A stretch of DNA of 48,278 nt from Candidatus Sungiibacteriota bacterium (GTDB taxonomy: Bacteria > Patescibacteriota > Minisyncoccia > Sungbacterales > SURF-37). Location: NCBI GenBank assembly GCA_016186145.1, contig JACPMF010000007.1, forward strand, positions 85,302-133,579. The letters run 5' to 3'. The translations under genes were made by a program, and so were the position numbers. Positions within the stretch are counted from its first letter, which is position 1. The number at the start of each line of letters is the position of its first letter. A model generated the notes under the pieces. The model saw nothing but the letters and a program-made list of their open reading frames with translations. It was not told the DNA's origin and did not search any database. Shown one piece after another: positions 44,371 through 48,278 of this stretch.

Positions 44371-44500
44371 GCTGGTATGTTTTTGAGGGCCTCAGGAGAC
44401 CGAGCGGGCATGGTTCGCCGCAAAGCGGCGAGAGCGAGGTCGGATGCGGAGCGAGTTCCACTCGCTGGGTGGAACGAGCGTCCCGAAAAAACATATCAGC
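44371..44500. other. GC-rich structured insert between the sigma and anti-sigma genes, closed by a 14-bp helix
   Basis: GCTGGTATGTTTTT (44371-44384) pairs with AAAAACATATCAGC (44487-44500). The core contains CGAGCGGGCAT plus a CGCCGC-AAA-GCGGCG hairpin, related to module 2. Confidence 0.45.
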
Positions 44501-44503
44501 GTG

Positions 44504-45112
44504 CTATACCTCACCTCTTTGTTCTAACACCTTTTTGATACTTTTTCTTGCTCTGAAAAGTTTCATCTTCAGGGCGCCCATGGAAAGACCCCCCTCTTTT
44601 GCTATGTTTCGATACGATTTGTCTTCGAGATAGTAGGCCTGTAAAAGCGACCGGAGGTCTTCGGGGATTTCTTCGAGGGCGGAGCTGATAACGCTTTCAA
44701 TCCCTCTTTCGTGCACAAAACCGGCATGGACTCGTTGTGATTCGGTTACGGTAGGGTCATATTCTTCGGGAATGAGCATGGCGTCGTTCTTCTTTCTATT
44801 ATAGTGGGTGATGGCGACATTCATGACGATCTTATACGCCCATGATTTGAATTTCGCCTTGTTTTTATCAAAGTGTTTCGCAAATCTGTAAATCTTAATA
44901 AAGGCCTCTTGAACGACATCCTCGGCCGCCTCCCGGTTTTTTACGACGCGTTGTGCTACGCGCAGAAAAGAGGCTTGGTAGCGGTCCACTAAAATTTCAA
45001 AAAGCCCCGGGCGGTGCTTTGCGGCCTCAAGGACGTCTTCATCGGTAAATTGTTCCTGTTCCCCCTCGGCGTTTTCTTCAAAGCCAAGGTATTCTGTTCG
45101 CTTTTTTGGCAT
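44504..45112 (-). CDS. ECF-type sigma-70 family sigma factor
   Basis: Region 2 is ...AAEDVVQEAFIKIYRF.... Region 4 HTH is ...SYRNIAKEGGLSMGALKMKLFRARKSI.... 202 aa. Confidence 0.85.
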   Translation of the reverse strand: MPKKRTEYLGFEENAEGEQEQFTDEDVLEAAKHRPGLFEILVDRYQASFLRVAQRVVKNREAAEDVVQEAFIKIYRFAKHFDKNKAKFKSWAYKIVMNVAITHYNRKKNDAMLIPEEYDPTVTESQRVHAGFVHERGIESVISSALEEIPEDLRSLLQAYYLEDKSYRNIAKEGGLSMGALKMKLFRARKSIKKVLEQRGEV

Positions 45113-45300
45113 CTTAGAAAAACAAAAGGCATTATTGAACGAACGCCAGCCAGTTTATATAGCTAGCACCATTTTTCAATAAAGCGCAATATTGACTTTG
45201 CAGCATTTGTATTGTGTTTCAAAACAAACCCTTGCAGGAATTTCGTTATTATGTTAGTTAACAATAATAAGGGTAGCCTTAACGGAAGAAAGGAGAAATC

Positions 45301-45432
45301 ATGAATGACAGCACTGTTTTGATTGGATTGTTTGTTCTTTTATTGATGGCCGTCCTTTTAGGTGTTTTGCAGAGGTTTAGAAAGGCCATTATTAACTATT
45401 TTGACTTGTTTTCGGAGCGCCGAAAGCAATAA
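45301..45432 (+). CDS. 43-aa single-TM peptide (below the ORF-track cutoff)
   Basis: GAAAGGAGAAATC then ATG. Product is MNDSTVLIGLFVLLLMAVLLGVLQRFRKAIINYFDLFSERRKQ. A terminator lies 25 nt downstream. Confidence 0.45.
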   Translation: MNDSTVLIGLFVLLLMAVLLGVLQRFRKAIINYFDLFSERRKQ

Positions 45433-45456
45433 AATCAAAAAATTTTAGATCGGTCT

Positions 45457-45483
45457 GGTTGTCTGTGCGACAACCCTTTTTTT
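45457..45483 (+). terminator. Rho-independent terminator
   Basis: GGTTGTC-TGTGC-GACAACC followed by CTTTTTTTT. Confidence 0.7.
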
Positions 45484-45542
45484 AAAAGGACGGTTCGATT
45501 TACGATGAATATAAATGGGCACATCTGGACTCGAACCAGCGT

Positions 45543-45615
45543 TCCCGGGCGTAGAACTGCGCCGCTTTCGGCGTGCTCGTTATGCCCGCTCGAAGCAAAG
45601 ACATTTGCTTCTCGC
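45543..45615 (-). repeat. Structured module 2, copy b
   Basis: GCGAG-[GAAGCAAA UGUC UUUGCUUC]-GAGCGGGCAUAACGAGCA-[CGCCG AAA GCGGCG]-CAGUUCUACGCCCGGGA. Confidence 0.7.
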
Positions 45616-45642
45616 CCTCTGCAATGCCTGCCCCGTTACAAA

Positions 45643-45828
45643 TGGGCGTAGTAGGGATCGAACCTACGACCTTTCGCATGCTTGCCCGCCCAAATTTCTG
45701 AACAATGGACGGTGCAGGATTCGAACCTGCGGCCCCTGCAATGTGAATACAGTGCTCTACCGCTGAGCTAACCGTCCAGAAATTTAGGCGGGTGAAAAGC
45801 GAACGCTCTGCCACTGAGCCATACGCCC
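45643..45828 (-). tRNA. Split tRNA with anticodon loop UUUUCAC (UUC, Glu-type): 37-nt + 35-nt halves separated by a 114-nt insertion carrying tRNA-Val
   Basis: Halves are 45828-45792 and 45677-45643. Joined they read GGGCGUA UG GCUC AGUGGCA GAGC G UUCGC UUUUCAC GCGAA AGGUC GUAGG UUCGAUC CCUAC UACGCCC A. Every stem is Watson-Crick. Confidence 0.7.
45706..45777 (-). tRNA. tRNA-Val (anticodon CAC), intact, no encoded CCA
   Basis: GGACGGU UA GCUC AGCGGUA GAGC A CUGUA UUCACAU UGCAG GGGCC GCAGG UUCGAAU CCUGC ACCGUCC A. Confidence 0.93.
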
Positions 45829-45933
45829 ATATCCATTTGTAACGGGGTGAAAGTCCCGACGGCTCCGCCGTCGCGGATCCTCGATTTTGCAGCTCCGACG
45901 TCAAGCTGGAGGCAAAATCGGGACAGCGCTCTA

Positions 45934-46015
45934 TCCCGGGCATGGTACTGCGCTGTCCGACTAAAGTCAGACTGCTCGTAATGCCCGCGAGAATCCTATT
46001 TAAACGGATTCTCGC
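45934..46015 (-). repeat. Structured module 2, copy a
   Basis: GCGAG-extended hairpin GAGAAUCC GUUUAAAUA GGAUUCUC-GCGGGCAUUACGAGCA-[GUCUGAC UUUA GUCGGAC]-AGCGCAGUACCAUGCCCGGGA. Confidence 0.7.
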
Positions 46016-46056
46016 CCAACTGAGCTATGTGCCCTTAACAACTAGAAAGCTAACAT

Positions 46057-46704
46057 CTAAATCCCCAGTTTATTGATGATTTTTTCGTGGGGAGAGTCCA
46101 GAACATCCCGCACAAAGCGATCATTCATGTCGAGGCGGTAGCGGAACTCCGGCGTTGTCATCACCGAGTAATTGAGTTCTTTGCCGGTATCCGCCCGGAG
46201 TTTCTTGAGAAAAGAGTTGATACGGTCTTTTTTCAGTTTGTCTCCAACAAGCATGATGTCCGCCAAGGAGGAATCGCTTTTTATAAAAACGCCGGAAAGG
46301 AGCGCAACTTTTATATCGCCGAGAGAACGAATTCTTTCCGTGAGCCCGCCTCCTACAGAAGGGGCGGCGCGGGATACGAGATTTTTAAGCTCCGGATACA
46401 AGACGAACTCTTTATTTGCAAAAAATACCCGTTCACGCACCGTTTTTAGTTTTGGCTTTACGGTTTTTTTTCCTCGTCTTGTTTTTCTGGGCAGTTCAAT
46501 TGTTTGTTTAGCAATTCTTGTGCCGACAAGGCCTATTTTGAGCAGTTTTTTGATTTCTTTTTGGAAGCGTTGCTTGTTTATCTGAGCGCTTGCCACAGCT
46601 TTTTCAATGCTAAATTCGGCACCCGGGTTCATAAGAAAAAGCTTCAGGGCGCTTATTTTTGACCGAGATTCAAAAAGTTGTTCAAGCACTTTGCCAAGCT
46701 GCAT
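46057..46704 (-). CDS. Hypothetical protein with N-terminal winged-helix-like region
   Basis: 215-aa ORF. The N-terminal ~70 aa is HTH-like. No firm family. Confidence 0.5.
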   Translation of the reverse strand: MQLGKVLEQLFESRSKISALKLFLMNPGAEFSIEKAVASAQINKQRFQKEIKKLLKIGLVGTRIAKQTIELPRKTRRGKKTVKPKLKTVRERVFFANKEFVLYPELKNLVSRAAPSVGGGLTERIRSLGDIKVALLSGVFIKSDSSLADIMLVGDKLKKDRINSFLKKLRADTGKELNYSVMTTPEFRYRLDMNDRFVRDVLDSPHEKIINKLGI

Positions 46705-46774
46705 TTCAATGGCATTATAACAAGTTTTATGCTGCGTAACAAGTAAGAAAAAGACCCGCAGTACGGGTCAGAAT

Positions 46775-47329
46775 TTAGTCGCAGTAAAGGGCAAGCCGGT
46801 GCCTGCGATGGGAGATTTTTTCGGAAATTTCTTTTTCGAGTGCGCGGGATACTCCTTTTGCCAGCTCGACAATTTTTTCTTCAGTCGCGCGACTTTCCGT
46901 CGCTCCCTTAATGTAGTCTTTTGCAAGCATGCGGATTTCGGTTTCTTCAGGGCCCCGCCGCAAGATTTTTAGCGCCTCGAGAAGCCCCCATAGTATTCCC
47001 CTGCGGGCAAACTCTTTCGCCAAAAGATTTACCGTCGACCTTGATGCGCCGAGTCTTGCGAATTGCACCATAAGGGCCGGTGCCGGAAGTTCAAGTGTGC
47101 TTGTGATCCAGGTTGTCTTTTTTGAGCGTGAAATATAGTCGCGGATTACCGCATCCACGGTGATTTTATTTGCTCCCAAATCTTTTGCAAGCGAAAGCGC
47201 GGAAGAGAACCGCGCCCCGGATGTTTCCGGATTAAACTCCCCAGTTCTTGCTTTTGCCGCATTATATCCTTGCGTCATGAGGGTCTGAATCACTACACTT
47301 ACCGGAATCAGCCAATTTTTTTTCGCCAT
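46775..47329 (-). CDS. Hypothetical protein
   Basis: 184-aa ORF with no recognised motifs. Confidence 0.5.
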   Translation of the reverse strand: MAKKNWLIPVSVVIQTLMTQGYNAAKARTGEFNPETSGARFSSALSLAKDLGANKITVDAVIRDYISRSKKTTWITSTLELPAPALMVQFARLGASRSTVNLLAKEFARRGILWGLLEALKILRRGPEETEIRMLAKDYIKGATESRATEEKIVELAKGVSRALEKEISEKISHRRHRLALYCD

Positions 47330-47407
47330 ACCCTATCCTCCTCTCTTGATTGTTTATAGTAGCAATACACGAATGTTTTAAAAGCGAATCAAAACACCTA
47401 CTAAGGT

Positions 47408-47749
47408 TCAGTCCACTAAGGCTTGTTCAATCTGTTGGGGTAGTTCTGTTTTTGCTCGTTCTTCACCCTTGGCTGTTAATGAGATCAGCCCCTCTTCGTT
47501 TACCGTGACAAACCCGTGATCCACCAAGTATCTTTTCAGAATTTGTTTTTCTTTCTCCGCTTTTTCTAATTCTACAAAACCACACACAAAGTTAGCTTTT
47601 TCTTCAGATTCAGCAAGTTTTCTGATTATGTCCTCAAATGTAACCCCGGCTTCAGCCAATAAAAAAATAGTTCTTGTAACTGCGTCAACCTGATGCTGAA
47701 GTACAACTTTAACCATTTCTTCAGTGGTGAGCCCTCTTGTTGTCGTCAT
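47408..47749 (-). CDS. Hypothetical protein
   Basis: 113-aa ORF preceded by GGGAGG. Confidence 0.5.
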   Translation of the reverse strand: MTTTRGLTTEEMVKVVLQHQVDAVTRTIFLLAEAGVTFEDIIRKLAESEEKANFVCGFVELEKAEKEKQILKRYLVDHGFVTVNEEGLISLTAKGEERAKTELPQQIEQALVD

Positions 47750-47765
47750 GAGGCGTCCTCCCTTT

Positions 47766-47933
47766 TTAAAGATCTCTTTGTTCCTCGTGTATATACCACT
47801 TATATATGGTAATGAGCCCTATGTGCCAGAATTTTGTTCCGCCATCTAAGAAGTAGTCTTTTTCAAAAAAAGGTCTAAAATAAGGCTGCCATTTAATTTC
47901 CCAACGAAAGAGGTTTCCGTAACGGTCTCGCAT
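47766..47933 (-). CDS. Possible 55-aa aromatic-rich small protein
   Basis: Hand translation gives MRDRYGNLFRWEIKWQPYFRPFFEKDYFLDGGTKFWHIGLITIYKWYIHEEQRDL. The stop is 17 nt before the next start. Weak SD. Confidence 0.3.
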   Translation of the reverse strand: MRDRYGNLFRWEIKWQPYFRPFFEKDYFLDGGTKFWHIGLITIYKWYIHEEQRDL

Positions 47934-48003
47934 TTTTGTCTCTCGTTCTTTTAATTTAATTTACTGCAAACAAAAATAGCACTACAGCGCTATTTTGTCA
48001 AAA

Positions 48004-48146
48004 GTGAGCGGGTAAGGGGAATCCTCTTCCTCCGAAATTTTGCGCGTGCCTCCGGCACAGGCAAAGTTTCTCCTCCAGAGCCCGGGTTTCCAAAATCGTA
48101 AAGCAGTTTACGATTTTGGAATACCCTTCGATTCCCCCATTATCAC
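48004..48146. ncRNA. Family-B structured element, copy 2
   Basis: P1 is GGGGAATC (48016-48023)/GATTCCCC (48130-48137). Same 15-bp hairpin as copy 1. The P3 tip is replaced by GTGCC-TCC-GGCAC. Terminator-like hairpins flank it at 47973-47996 and 48161-48189. Confidence 0.5.
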
Positions 48147-48278
48147 AATCATCGCAAATTAAAATACCCGTCGTAAGAGGGGTATTTTAATTTCCGATAA
48201 GTATATTTACGACTGCGCTCGAACTTACTTTATCAAAAATCTCTGACCAAAGGAAGCCGCCCCGCCGCCGCTCGCTAA

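Larger units (their letters stand above)
45516..46034 (-). tRNA. Outermost tRNA-like gene of the nest; ends 0.5 kb apart; tentative 73-nt reconstruction after removing four insertions
   Basis: The 5' end is GGGCACAUAGCUCAGUUGG (46034-46016). The 3' end is ACGCUGGUUCGAGUCCAGAUGUGCCCA (45542-45516). The acceptor strands are fully complementary. Internal pieces are 45933-45924, 45853-45847 and 45625-45616. Confidence 0.4.

Noticed and set aside
45678-45791. Archaeal-type bulge-helix-bulge intron as the explanation for the split tRNA
   Set aside because: I could not draw a 3-nt bulge / 4-bp helix / 3-nt bulge at either junction, and the rest of the window is unambiguously bacterial (DnaA, YidC, PBP1A, RNase Y, sigma-70 family). 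The idea is kept only as something to test, not as a call.
45500-45943. ORF-track entries across the tRNA nests (45500-45943 minus, 45515-45766 plus, 38838-39155 plus, 38864-39049 minus, 38959-39213 plus)
   Set aside because: They are read straight through tRNA and structured-RNA sequence, have no RBS, and their products are low-complexity. The RNA explanation accounts for every nucleotide.
1-48278. Alternative genetic code (UGA or UAG reassignment, as in some CPR lineages)
   Set aside because: All conserved genes (dnaA, dnaN, pnp, rny, PBP1A, tyrS, virB4) are full length with standard stops, and no in-frame UGA/UAG has to be read through.

Overview
This 48.3-kb window looks like a small-genome bacterium. 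Gene content suggests Candidate Phyla Radiation/Patescibacteria, but that is inference, not a database hit. Nt 2.7-17.5 kb (+ strand) is a conjugation/type-IV-secretion-like envelope cluster: a VirB6/TrbL-like giant membrane protein, a PrgI/VirB3-like protein, a VirB4 ATPase, a T4SS-pilin-like protein and several secreted or Pro-rich proteins. Nt 17.6-22.8 kb is the origin neighbourhood: jag-yidC-yidD-rnpA-rpmH on the minus strand, diverging from dnaA-dnaN. The rest is mostly minus-strand housekeeping (PBP1A, tyrS, ruvC, yebC, comM, pnp, NYN, rpsO, hup, rny, ECF sigma plus a putative anti-sigma) and hypothetical genes. The most unusual content is non-coding. (1) At two tRNA loci, complete tRNA genes sit at the tip of long helices inside other tRNA genes: tRNA-Thr inside a split tRNA-Thr, and tRNA-Val inside a split tRNA(UUC) inside a third tRNA-like gene. 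The separated halves rejoin on paper into canonical 71-73-nt cloverleaves. (2) Several families of structured repeats differ between copies by compensatory stem changes: two GC-rich modules that also interrupt the tRNAs, a ~170-nt stop-codon-to-start-codon cassette in 4 copies, and a ~125-nt three-way-junction element in 2 copies with tRNA-3'-end-like termini. (3) Iteron-like hexamer palindromes fill intergenic gaps in the secretion cluster. (4) A ~0.7-kb high-GC single-gene island has its own near-consensus promoter, SD and terminator. All calls come from reading the sequence; no searches were run.
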